From a virus (Duplodnaviria; Caudoviricetes): 45,564 nt of DNA. The DNA is taken from the IMG/VR virus record IMGVR_UViG_3300042196_000036, positions 1 to 45,564 of that record, one strand, 5' to 3'. The notes under the pieces were generated by a model. That model was given only the letters and a program-made list of their open reading frames with translations, ran no database searches and was not told the origin of the DNA. Positions within the stretch are counted from its first letter, which is position 1. Every line of letters starts with the position of its first letter. The position numbers and the translations under genes are program-made. Shown here one piece after another: positions 9,804 through 19,900 of the stretch.

Positions 9804-9968
9804 ATGAAAATAATCATCAAGTCGTTTGCCGCAGTGGGGTTCGGGTTGTGCGCGCTGATCGTTGCTCAGGTCGCCATGGGCATGATCGCCGGGCAGCACG
9901 GAATCAGCTTAGTGGCGGTGGTCCTTGGCTTTCTCGGTGCCGCCGTGGGCTGGCATCGCGTCAAGTGA
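9804..9968 (+). CDS. Small two-TM membrane protein
   Basis: SD GGAG; two hydrophobic stretches in 54 aa. Confidence 0.55.
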   Translation: MKIIIKSFAAVGFGLCALIVAQVAMGMIAGQHGISLVAVVLGFLGAAVGWHRVK

Positions 9969-9996
9969 TCGTCGATGTTTCGGAGACTGGATAACG

Positions 9997-10455
9997 ATGG
10001 CGGATGGCGTAACGCTCAGGGTTGATGGGTTGAAAGAGCTTGCGGACAAGCTGCGCGCGATGGGTCCGGACCTGTCGCGCGTCGCGCTTCGCGCAGGCGT
10101 TCGGGACGCGGCAAAATTGGTGCGCGATGATGCAAAGTTGAGAAACCCTGACGACACCAAGCTGACTGAAGAGAACATATACATTCAACATATTGGAAAT
10201 CAGTCGAGCGACACACAGCAAACGTTTTTTGTCGGCGTACGATCGCGCAGAGGAAGATACTCAAAGGGCAAAAAGAAACCTCTTCCATTTTATTGGCGGT
10301 ATATCGAGTTTGGCACATCGAAGGCGGCAGCTAGACCATTCATGCGACCTGCGTTCGAGCAGAATATCAGAGCTTCGATAGATGCAATCGCTGCGCAAAT
10401 TAGTAAGCGCATCAAGTCGTATGACAGAAAACAATCGAAGCTTGCAAACATATGA
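9997..10455 (+). CDS. HK97 gp10-family tail completion protein
   Basis: FYWRYIEFGTSK-AARPFMRPA motif. Confidence 0.9.
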   Translation: MADGVTLRVDGLKELADKLRAMGPDLSRVALRAGVRDAAKLVRDDAKLRNPDDTKLTEENIYIQHIGNQSSDTQQTFFVGVRSRRGRYSKGKKKPLPFYWRYIEFGTSKAAARPFMRPAFEQNIRASIDAIAAQISKRIKSYDRKQSKLANI

Positions 10456-10802
10456 TCGAGACAGCCTTGTATTCCGTGCTTGTTGCGGCGGCAACTGCGG
10501 CGGCAGGACGCGTCTATCCGATGGAGCGGCCCGAGAATTCCGCTCTACCGGCGATCGTCTATCAGCGCGTGAGCACGACGCCGGATGTGACGCTCGCGGG
10601 GGACTCAGGCCTGGACGCGGTGCGGCTGCAGGTTGCGTGTTGGGCCTCGACGTATGCAGCCGCCAAGAGTCTGGCCGCAGCAGCGCGCACCGCAATTACC
10701 GGATCGGCCAGCCTCAAGGCCATTACAGAGATGGAGCTTGACGACCGAGACGAGGATACGCGCGAGTACCGCGTGATCCTGGATTTCCGAATCTGGCAGT
10801 AA
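10452..10802 (+). CDS. Tail terminator (DUF3168-like)
   Basis: RVYP...PAIVYQRVS, RLQV-CWA motifs; synteny. Confidence 0.85.
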   Translation: MIETALYSVLVAAATAAAGRVYPMERPENSALPAIVYQRVSTTPDVTLAGDSGLDAVRLQVACWASTYAAAKSLAAAARTAITGSASLKAITEMELDDRDEDTREYRVILDFRIWQ

Positions 10803-10827
10803 CCACACAACCCGCTTTCACCCACTG

Positions 10828-10849
10828 AACCCGCCCTGTGCGGGTTTTT
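10828..10849 (+). terminator. Intrinsic terminator-like hairpin
   Basis: AACCCGC-CCTGT-GCGGGTT followed by Ts. Confidence 0.7.
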
Positions 10850-10868
10850 GCATTTTAGGAGCAGCAAA

Positions 10869-11507
10869 ATGTCCAACGCAATCAGCGCACAGGGTTCCAC
10901 GCTGGAAATCGAAACCGGCAGCGGTTCCCCGATCACGACCGTCACCGCAGCCGTCGGGTTCCCGACCATCATTACCAGTTCCGCGCACGGCCTCTCAAAC
11001 GGGGACGTTGTGGTCTTGTCCGCATTCGCTGGCGCTTCTGCGGCGCTGATGAATGGGCAAACCGTGGTCGTCCAGAACGTCACTACGAATACGCTCGCAC
11101 TCGACATCGACACCACGGGCGGGACGCTGACTGCTGCGAACGGCACGCTGACGCCCGTCGCGCTGAGCAACATCGCCGAGGTCAAGACTTTCTCCGGGTT
11201 CGACGGGCAGGCGAGCGAAATCGACGTGACGCACCTTCAGAGCACGGCGAAAGAATTCCGCCTCGGACTGGTGGATGAAGGCGGGTTCTCGTTCGAGATG
11301 AACCAGATCAATACGGACGCGGGCCAGACTGCATTGCGCGCAAGCCGCGACGCCGGGACGATCAAACAGTACGTACTGACGTTCCCGAACGCGGAAACGG
11401 CGACCTTCAGCGCGTTCGCGAAGGGCGTTCCGACCGCCGGCGGAGTCGATGGAATCGTTACGTCGTCCGTGTCGCTGCGGATCTCCGGCTCTGTGGTGTG
11501 GGCGTAA
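10869..11507 (+). CDS. Major tail tube protein with an inserted small beta domain
   Basis: AISAQG, SEIDVTHLQSTAKEFRLGL-D-G motifs; SD TAGGAG. Confidence 0.9.
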   Translation: MSNAISAQGSTLEIETGSGSPITTVTAAVGFPTIITSSAHGLSNGDVVVLSAFAGASAALMNGQTVVVQNVTTNTLALDIDTTGGTLTAANGTLTPVALSNIAEVKTFSGFDGQASEIDVTHLQSTAKEFRLGLVDEGGFSFEMNQINTDAGQTALRASRDAGTIKQYVLTFPNAETATFSAFAKGVPTAGGVDGIVTSSVSLRISGSVVWA

Positions 11508-11509
11508 TC

Positions 11510-11866
11510 ATGGCCTTGTCACGCGACCAGATCCTCGAGGCGGACGACGCTACGACGCAAGAAGTCGACGTCCCGGAGTGGGGTGGAACCGTTCGGGTTG
11601 CCAGCATGACCGGTGCTGCCCGCGACGCGTGGGAGAACGCGCTCGTCAAGCGCGAGGGCGGCAAGATCACGCCGAACCTCGATGACGTACGCGCTCGCCT
11701 CGTCGCCGCGACGGTGGTCGACGATGCCGGCAGCCTGCTGTTCTCGGCCGCCGACGTGCGTCGCCTCAGTCTCAAATCCGCCAAGGCGCTCGACCGCGTA
11801 TGCAAGGTCGCGCAGCGCCTGAACGGACTGACGGCCGAGGATCTGGAGGATGCAAAGGGAAACTGA
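11510..11866 (+). CDS. Tail assembly chaperone (G-like)
   Basis: EVDVPEWGG-VRV; ends in AKGN at slippery GGGAAAC. Confidence 0.85.
   Translation: MALSRDQILEADDATTQEVDVPEWGGTVRVASMTGAARDAWENALVKREGGKITPNLDDVRARLVAATVVDDAGSLLFSAADVRRLSLKSAKALDRVCKVAQRLNGLTAEDLEDAKGN
11857..11863 (+). other. Programmed -1 frameshift site G GGA AAC
   Basis: X XXY YYZ heptamer just before the stop; -1 frame stays open to 12081. Confidence 0.85.
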
Positions 11867-12081
11867 AACGGCGCCCCGAGCGCCGGTTTTATTTCCAGCT
11901 CGCCGAACGCCTCGGGATGCCGGTCGGCGAGATGCTGCGCCGCATGTCATCCGCGGAACTGACGGAATGGATGGCGTATTACTCGATTCAGTCCGAACAA
12001 GCGACTGACAGTCCGATCGTTGAAGACGCGGAAGCGCATACACAGAAACTCAAAGCCGCACTGTTCAAAGGGGCGAAGTAA
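11860..12081 (+). CDS. Tail assembly chaperone T-like segment (GT frameshift product)
   Basis: LAERLGM-VGEMLRRMSSAELTEWMAYY. Confidence 0.8.
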   Translation, partial: KLKRRPERRFYFQLAERLGMPVGEMLRRMSSAELTEWMAYYSIQSEQATDSPIVEDAEAHTQKLKAALFKGAK

Positions 12082-14429
12082 TGGCGTCACTCGGATCGCT
12101 GGTCGTCTCGCTCGCCGCGAACACGGCGCAATTTACCAGCGCGATGGACAAGGCCGCGTACCAGCAAGGCAAGCGCATGGAGCAGATGCGCAAGGATGCC
12201 GAGACGGTCGGCAAAGCCATCGGCGCGGCGCTTGTAATCGGCGCTGGAGCGCTTGCGGTGGCGGTCGAGCGCATCACAAAGCACGCCGACACCATGGGGA
12301 AAGAGGCCCAGAAGGTCGGCGAGTCGGTCGAGGAGTTTTCGCGGTTGACGCACGCGGCCGAGATGTCCGGCGCCAGCATGGAAAAGCTGTCGATCGGCAT
12401 GAAAAAACTGAACGTCGGCATGGCCGAGGTTGCATTGACCGGCAAAGGCCCTGCCGCCGAGGCATTCACCGCCCTACGGATCAGCGTCACCAACGCTGAC
12501 GGCTCATTGCGCGCCGGCAGTGCCGTCATGTCGGACGTGGCCGCACGGTTCGCCGCGATGGGCGAGACGGCGCAGAAAACCGCGTTCGCCGTGGATATCT
12601 TCGGCAAGTCCGGAACGGATCTGATCCCGATGCTCAACGCCGGCGCAGAAGGCCTCGCAGCCATGAAGCAGGAGGCCGACGAGCTTGGCATCGTCATCAC
12701 AGAGAGCACGTTCCGCGCAGCCGAAGCGTTTAACGATCAGTTGTCGCGCATTCAGAAAACGCAGGAAGGGGTGATTACGCAGATCACCGCCGAGATGCTG
12801 CCGACCATGAACATGTTGGCCGACGAGTTTCTGGAGGTATCCAAGAATTCCGAGCTCGTCGCGAATGCCGCGGCAGTCGCACGCACCGCGCTCGAGGCGT
12901 TGATCGTCGTCGGCGGGAATGTGGCGTTTGTGTTCCGCGGCGTGGCAACCGAAGCGCAGGGCATTCAGTTACAGATGAAGGCTTTGGCGCGCGCCGACTT
13001 TTCAGGGTTCTCTGAGATCGGAAGGAAGATGAAAGAGGACGCAGCCAAGGCTCGCGCGGAGTTCGACGCGTGGGAGCAGCGCATCCTAAACCCGCCTCCC
13101 GTAGATATGGCAGCGCTCACCGCGGCCGCCGACGCAAAGATGGAGGCTGCGCGCAAAGTTGCGATGGCCGAAGCAAAGGCGCAAGAGGGCGCACGTAAGG
13201 CTGCGGCGGGCTCAGCGGCTCGCCAGAGTAACGCGAAGCGCGCAGCATCGGAAGCGGATCGTGAAGCGAAAAGAGCTGCCGATCTGCGCAGATCCCTCAT
13301 CGCATCGATCGAGCGAGAAGCGGAGACATTTGGGTCTGGCGCACGCAGCGCAAAGCTGTACGAGCTGGCGCTTGCGGGCGCGTCAAAAACGCAGATTGCG
13401 GCAGCCAAGGCGACGATCGACAGTATCGAAGCCATGGAGCGGCAGCGCGATCTCGGCGGACAGTACGGCGCAACAATGGGGCAGATCGCAAGCGCCATCG
13501 AAACGGCCGACAACTCGACCCGGGATCTAGACGCGGCGCAAGCATCACTGCTCGATCTGATGCGCTCCCCGGACTGGGCGAAAATGCCGGAGGCGTGGCA
13601 ACAGACGGCGATCGCTCAGACCGCAGCCGCGTCGTCTGCGATCAAGGCGGCGGAAGCGCAGGCGTGGCTCAAATCCACGATGGCCGCAACGCCGACCGCG
13701 GTGCTCGACATGGCGCGCGAGCGCATGAAGTTCCTGGCGGACGAGTACGAGCGCGGCCGCTTCGGAATCGTTGGGTCTGAGCAGGCCATGCGGAAGTTCG
13801 GGGAGGTCGCGAATACCGCGCTTGGGAATGTCGCCGACGAGGCGCGTAAAACCAACAGCGCAATGGATGAGTTCGCATTGCAGGCCGCAAGAAATACGCA
13901 GGACGTGTTCGCGGATTTTCTGTTCGATCCGTTCAAGGACGGGCTTGACGGCATGCTGTCGAATTTCGGCAGGATGCTGCAGCGGATGATTGCCGAGGCG
14001 GTCGCAGCGGATCTTGCGAACAGGATCTTCGGCGCACCGTCTGGCAATGGCAGTTCGCGATCCGGAGGGTGGATTGATCTTGCCATGACTGCGGCGAGCG
14101 CCTATTTCGGCGGCACGGGAGGCGGCGGCGCGTCGGCGCCGGCAAACATTTCGCGCGGCGGATCGTTCTCGCCATCATTCGCGGGCGGCGGATCGACAGG
14201 CATTGGCCCGCGGGCCGGGGGCATTGACGGGAAAGGCGGGTTCAACGCGGTCCTGCACCCAAACGAGACGGTCATCGACCACTCCAAGAACCAGACCGTC
14301 GGGGCAACGCAAAACGTCAACATCACGATCAACATGCCATCCGGCACGCCGGCCGAGACGCGGCGAGCCGCTGGCGCTGGCGCGCGTGAAGCGCTCGGCG
14401 CGTTCTCCTCGGCTCAACGCTATGCATAG
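12081..14429 (+). CDS. Tape measure protein
   Basis: 782 aa, Ala-rich helical; LGSLVVSLAANTAQF start and FAGGG...LHPNETV C-terminus. Confidence 0.93.
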   Translation: MASLGSLVVSLAANTAQFTSAMDKAAYQQGKRMEQMRKDAETVGKAIGAALVIGAGALAVAVERITKHADTMGKEAQKVGESVEEFSRLTHAAEMSGASMEKLSIGMKKLNVGMAEVALTGKGPAAEAFTALRISVTNADGSLRAGSAVMSDVAARFAAMGETAQKTAFAVDIFGKSGTDLIPMLNAGAEGLAAMKQEADELGIVITESTFRAAEAFNDQLSRIQKTQEGVITQITAEMLPTMNMLADEFLEVSKNSELVANAAAVARTALEALIVVGGNVAFVFRGVATEAQGIQLQMKALARADFSGFSEIGRKMKEDAAKARAEFDAWEQRILNPPPVDMAALTAAADAKMEAARKVAMAEAKAQEGARKAAAGSAARQSNAKRAASEADREAKRAADLRRSLIASIEREAETFGSGARSAKLYELALAGASKTQIAAAKATIDSIEAMERQRDLGGQYGATMGQIASAIETADNSTRDLDAAQASLLDLMRSPDWAKMPEAWQQTAIAQTAAASSAIKAAEAQAWLKSTMAATPTAVLDMARERMKFLADEYERGRFGIVGSEQAMRKFGEVANTALGNVADEARKTNSAMDEFALQAARNTQDVFADFLFDPFKDGLDGMLSNFGRMLQRMIAEAVAADLANRIFGAPSGNGSSRSGGWIDLAMTAASAYFGGTGGGGASAPANISRGGSFSPSFAGGGSTGIGPRAGGIDGKGGFNAVLHPNETVIDHSKNQTVGATQNVNITINMPSGTPAETRRAAGAGAREALGAFSSAQRYA

Positions 14430-14524
14430 AGGCTTGACATGATTACGAAAGAGCAGCTAACGGAATACGCGAAGGTCGCTCGACTCGCTCACGGTGAATT
14501 CTGCAACCTTGGTAGCGGCGCGTA

Positions 14525-15409
14525 ATGCCGAACCCGTTCCTCGAAGAGCGCCTGCCAATCGGCGTGCGATACGGCGCCCGATACACGGACGCATACGCCG
14601 TCGAGATCACCCGCACGGCAGGCGGGCAGGAACATCGTCGCCTCGTGCATGAATTCCCGGAGCGACGGTTTGTTGTGAGCTATGTCCGCGGCAACTCGGA
14701 AACCTGGACCACGATCCAGGCGCTCTACCATCGCGCCTATGGCATGTTCGCCGGGTTCCGGGTGCAGGCGATCGACGACTACTCGACCAACGGGCAAACC
14801 TCGGCGCCGGCCGCGTTCGATCAACTGCTCGATGTCGTCACCGCAGGCACGGTCTATCAGCTCGTCAAGGCGTATGGATCGGGCGGAACTCCGCTGTCGA
14901 TCGGGCTGCCGAGCCGGACGATCTTCAAACCGGTGTCCGGTTCCGTCGTCGCTGGAATCCGCAACACGATCACCGGTGACAGCGAAATCACCGCGTTTTC
15001 CGTGGATACGACGACCGGGCAGGTAACGCTTTCCGCCAACAAGACGCGGTCGATCACCGCAATCACACAGGCCACATCCGCCGTGCTGACAGTCGGGTCG
15101 CATACGTTCGTCGTCGGCGATTCCGTGCATGTGTCCGGCGTGTCCGGCATGACGCAGATCAACGGCAGGCGTGCGGCGGTGACAGGTTTTGACGCGACGA
15201 CGATCACCGTGGCGATCAATTCGACCGGTTTCTCGGCCTATACGTCCGGCGGGACGGCAAACACGATCATCCAGTCCGGCGAAACCATTCACGGCGGGTG
15301 CCTGTTCGATCTGCCTTGTCGATTCGGTTCCGCGTTGGACGTGACACCGGTCTCGAAAGAGTACCGGGAAACCGGAGAGATCGAAATCGTGGAGTTGATC
15401 ACGCCATGA
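14525..15409 (+). CDS. Distal tail protein, DUF2460/TIGR02217-like, with an inserted beta domain
   Basis: FLEERLP, GGQEHR, G-FAGFR, YQLVKAYG, FD-PCRF motifs. Confidence 0.85.
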   Translation: MPNPFLEERLPIGVRYGARYTDAYAVEITRTAGGQEHRRLVHEFPERRFVVSYVRGNSETWTTIQALYHRAYGMFAGFRVQAIDDYSTNGQTSAPAAFDQLLDVVTAGTVYQLVKAYGSGGTPLSIGLPSRTIFKPVSGSVVAGIRNTITGDSEITAFSVDTTTGQVTLSANKTRSITAITQATSAVLTVGSHTFVVGDSVHVSGVSGMTQINGRRAAVTGFDATTITVAINSTGFSAYTSGGTANTIIQSGETIHGGCLFDLPCRFGSALDVTPVSKEYRETGEIEIVELITP

Positions 15410-15579
15410 ATTATCCTGAGAAGTCGGACATGTTCTTTCTGGACACGACCAAACCCATCCAGGTGCAGGACTCATGGGTCACATGGCCGGGCAAGGATAT
15501 TGGTCTGCCTAGGCCAAAAATCGTCTGGTATGGCTTGGAACATGCGGGCGCAAGAACAACGAATAGCGGCATCGGATAA
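15406..15579 (+). CDS. Hypothetical 57-aa protein
   Basis: ATGA overlap with the distal tail gene; followed by a terminator. Confidence 0.4.
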   Translation: MNYPEKSDMFFLDTTKPIQVQDSWVTWPGKDIGLPRPKIVWYGLEHAGARTTNSGIG

Positions 15580-15582
15580 AAC

Positions 15583-15611
15583 AGGCTCGCTCACGCGGGC
15601 CTTTCTTTTTT
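15583..15611 (+). terminator. Intrinsic terminator-like hairpin
   Basis: AGGCTCGC-TCAC-GCGGGCCT followed by TTCTTTTTT. Confidence 0.75.
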
Positions 15612-15659
15612 ATAGCCTCGGATTCGTCCGTGGCTTTTTTACGTCCATACGGAGCGCGG

Positions 15660-16487
15660 ATGAAATCCGTCATCGTCGATTACCGGTATCGGTGCCATTG
15701 CGTACGCATCGAGTGCGCCGGCGGGCTGATTGTGCGCCTGACCGACTACCCGCGCGACATCGTCATGAGCAGCAGCGAAGTCTATCTGACGCAGAGCGGC
15801 TACCAATTTAGCGGCAATCAGGCCGGCACCGGCATGGCAGCGAACGTCATGGACATCGAAGGCGTCGCGAACATCGCTGGCGTCCATCGCGACGCCGTGC
15901 AGTCCGGGGTATTCGATGGCGCGCGGCTCTACGCGTTTGCAACCACGTGGCGCACGCCGGTAGAGGACGAGGAGCCGATCGGCGCGGCGATCCTCGGCAA
16001 GACGACGCTGCTCGATGACCGGTATCGAATCGAGATGATGTCGCTCGTCGACGCGTTCAATCAGTCCGTCGGCGACACCTACACCGCGGCCTGCTCGCAT
16101 GAGTTCGGCGACGCCGAATGCGCGGTTGATCTGGTGCCGATCACCGTGACGGGCACCCTTACCAGCGTCACCAGCAATTCGGTCGTCCGAGACTCCGCTC
16201 GCACAGAGGCGCTTGATTATTTCGGCGCTGGCACGATCGCTTACACCAGTGGCGACAACGCAGGGCTGAAGCCGCTTGAGATCAAGTCGTATGCGGCGGA
16301 CGGGACGGTCACGACCTTCGAACCGGCCTACTACCCTGTCCAGGTTGGGGATGCCTACACGATGATTCCCGGCTGTCGTAAGCGCAGGCCCGAGGACTGC
16401 CGGGACAAGTGGAACAACATCCTCAACCATTTCGGCTTTTCCGATATCCCCACGAGCAGCCAGTATGCACAGGTCGGCACCAAGTGA
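15660..16487 (+). CDS. Baseplate hub-like protein, DUF2163/BR0599 family
   Basis: C-H-FGD-EC and PGC-KR-DC-DKWNN-LN-FGF Cys motifs. Confidence 0.85.
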   Translation: MKSVIVDYRYRCHCVRIECAGGLIVRLTDYPRDIVMSSSEVYLTQSGYQFSGNQAGTGMAANVMDIEGVANIAGVHRDAVQSGVFDGARLYAFATTWRTPVEDEEPIGAAILGKTTLLDDRYRIEMMSLVDAFNQSVGDTYTAACSHEFGDAECAVDLVPITVTGTLTSVTSNSVVRDSARTEALDYFGAGTIAYTSGDNAGLKPLEIKSYAADGTVTTFEPAYYPVQVGDAYTMIPGCRKRRPEDCRDKWNNILNHFGFSDIPTSSQYAQVGTK

Positions 16488-16900
16488 CGCTAGCCGACAA
16501 AATCCTTGCCGCCGCGCGGGCCTGCCTCGGCACTCCGTTTCGCCATCAAGGCCGTCTGCCCGGTATCGCACTCGACTGCGCGGGCCTGATCTGCCACGTA
16601 TGCGAATCCATCGGAGTGCCCTACACGGACGAGCGCGGTTACTCGAGACTGCCGCACCAAGGTCGATTGCAGGCCGCACTCGATGCACAGGAGTCGCTGG
16701 TGCGGGTGAGTGACCCTGCGCCCGGAGATGTGCTGCTGTTCCGGTTCCGCACGGAGCCGATGCACATTGGCATCTATGCCGGCGAGACGATCATCCATGC
16801 CTACGAGCAGGCCGGCAAAGTGTGTGAGCACCGGATGGACGACGCGTGGCGCGCTCGGATCGTGCAGGCGTATCGGATTGTGAGGCCCGATCATGGCTAG
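16484..16900 (+). CDS. Tail-associated NlpC/P60 peptidase
   Basis: GTPFRHQGR...LDCAGL, PGDVLLF, HIGI, IIHA. Confidence 0.92.
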   Translation: MTLADKILAAARACLGTPFRHQGRLPGIALDCAGLICHVCESIGVPYTDERGYSRLPHQGRLQAALDAQESLVRVSDPAPGDVLLFRFRTEPMHIGIYAGETIIHAYEQAGKVCEHRMDDAWRARIVQAYRIVRPDHG

Positions 16901-19900
16901 TGCCGGGCAGGGAGTCGGCGGCGTAATTGGCGCCGTAATCGGGTTCTTTCTCGGCGGTCCGCAAGGCGCAATCGTTGGCGCCCAGATTGGGATGACCATT
17001 GGCGGAATGATCGATCCGCCAAAAGGCCCAACGATCCACGGCCCGAGACTGTCCGATCTCAGGGTCCAGACAGCGACCTATGGCGCAAACATCCCAAGGA
17101 TTTATGGAACAGTCGCGACCTTTGGAAACGTATTCTGGGTTGAGAACAACCAACTAAAGGAAAGCGTAAAGAAGAAGAAATCCGGAGGGAAGGGCGGCGG
17201 CGGCGGATCGACAATCAAGACCTATTCCTATTCGGCCACGTTTGCCGTGGGACTATGCAAGGGCCCGATTGCGGGCGTTCGGCGTATCTGGGTTGGCTCG
17301 AAGTTGATCTATGACGCCGGCGCGTCCGACATCGAGTCCATTATCGCGAGCAATCGAGCGGCCACGGGCTTTGCCATCTACACCGGGACGACGACTCAAG
17401 AGCCGGACCCGAGAATGCAAGCGGCCATTGGCGCGGCCAATTGCCCGGCTTACCGAGGACTTGCTTACATCGTCCTGTACGACTACCCGTTGGCGGACCA
17501 CGGAAACTCGCTGCTTGGGGCTCAGGTTAAGGTCGAGGTAGTCCAGTCTGTGACGCCACTTGGCTACCAACTCAAGCTGCGACAAGTGCTGACCGGATGG
17601 CCACAAAAGTATCACCCGAAAAGCGTCTATTCCGCCGATGAGGGGATCGCCAAAATCTATGGATACGATCCGTTCGCAGGAACCACGACAGTCGATGGAG
17701 TGACAATCGGGAACGATGAGGCGCTTTTGTCGGTTCTGGCGTCCGGGGCCTATGTGGCCCAGGAGCCGGTGCCTATTGATGCGACGAGGACGCGGTTTTT
17801 CTCATCCGGCTCCGCTTCTCATCGAGTCGGCACGGTGGGCGGGGTGGATATATGGGTGCAGGAATATTGGACGGGCACCGCTATTGGTACGGCGGGCCGG
17901 AACATTATCCCGCTCGGTGAGATCACCAATAAGCACACCGTTGATGCGGCTGGTACTGAGGGGTCACTCGAATCGTTGGTGCCGTCCGAGAATGGAAAGT
18001 ATATCAAGGGGATGGCGGTATCGAAGGACGGGCAGAGGATTCTCTTGATTACTGGGGCGTCCGGACCGGATGCCTATTTCTACTTCGACGAAGACCTGAA
18101 TATTGTGGATTCCGGAACCGTCACCGGTTCGGTTAGCACATTAGGCGTGTGCGAGATTGAGGAATTCAACAGCCACACATCATTGGAGCCGGATTACGTT
18201 CATGGGTGGAGCGTGGAGTATGGGGCGGGTGGGGGGAGTAGCGTGGACTTCACGCAATTCACCGTAGAGAGCGGTGTGATGACAGTTTCGTCTGCTCTGA
18301 CTGCTACGTCGTTCGCGTCTTCCCCGAACTCAATGGCAGTCGCGTCAAACGACGGTATCTGTTATGCAATCGTTCGGACGACAACGAACGTCGAGATCCT
18401 TGTGGTATCTCGGGACGAAGTGTCCTTTACGGGCACAACGCTGCTTTCTTCCATCGTCTCTTCCGAATGCCTGCAATCCAACGTCCTGCAATCAGGCGAC
18501 CTGGACGTAACCGCCCTAACGCAACAAGTCCGAGGCTATCGGGTCACGCAAACGGGAGCGATCCGGGGCGCGCTCGAACCTCTGCAAGCGGCTTGGCCCT
18601 TCGACGTGGTCCAGTCCGGATACGAACTAAAGTTCGTGCCGCGTGGCGGGTCTTCCGTCGCAACGATCCCGGCCACCGATCTCGATGCGAGACAGGACAG
18701 CGACGCGCCCGGCGTGCAACTCACGATCGCGCACGAGATGGATACGCAGCTACCGCGAGAGGTCCGGGTTAAGTACCTGGACGTAACGCGTGAATACGAC
18801 GACGGCGATCAGCCCGCGACGCGACAGAACACGGACTCGATCCACATCCGAGACGTGGAACTGCCGATCGTGCTCAACGCGGCCGAGGCTGCTGGCATGG
18901 CCGAAGTCCTGCTCTACCTCTACTGGCTGGAACGCCGAGATGTGCAATTCAAGCTTCCGCCGAGCTACCGCGCATTGGAGCCTGCGGATGTCATCACGAT
19001 CACCGGCGAGTGGGGCGAATACTCGCTGCGGATCACGGGCGTGCATCTGCTGTCAGACGGGCGCCTGGAGTGCTCGGCGAAATACAACTCGCCAGCGATC
19101 TATACGCCGACCGCCGTTGGGGTGGAAGGGCAGAGCACGGGGCAAGTGATCGCGCTCGACGGGCCGAGCCTGTATGTGCTGCTCGACGTGCCGCTGATGC
19201 GCGACGAGGACGACATGCCGGGCTTCCCGGCGGCGATGAGCGGCTACACGAGCGGATGGCCTGGCGGGATCATCTTCCAGTCTCCGGACGACGGGCAGAC
19301 GTGGGAGGACGTTCAGGGTTTTACCGGGCCGGTGCCGATTGGCTACGCGCGCGACACGATCGGCGCAGGTCGGACCGACATCATCGATACCGCAAACACG
19401 CTGCAGGCTGACATGGTGTCGGGCGAACTCGAGAGCGTGGCGCAACTGGCCATGTTTGCCGGCGCGAACCACTTCGCTTATGGGGCACACGGCCGGTGGG
19501 AGATCATCGGCGCAGCAAACTGCGTATTGCAGGGCGACGGGTCTTACATCCTGTCCGACTTCCTGCGCGGCCGATTCGGTACCGAGCAGTACATGACGAC
19601 GCACGCCTCGGGCGATCAGCTAGTACTGCTAACGGACGGTGACATGGGGTTTGTCGCCGTGCAGTCGTCGTCGATCGGATCGGAGCGTAGCTATCGAGGG
19701 ATCACCGCCGGCAGGACCATTGATGACGATGCGGACCGGGCGTTCACCTACGCAGGGGTAAATCTGGAGTGCCTGAGCCCGGTGTATCCAAACGGCAATC
19801 GGCACCCATCGACCAATGACTGGACGCTGACATGGATCCGGCGCGGGCGAGTGTCGCCATCGTGGCGGAACCTGGTTGATGTGCCTCTCGGTGAGACCAT

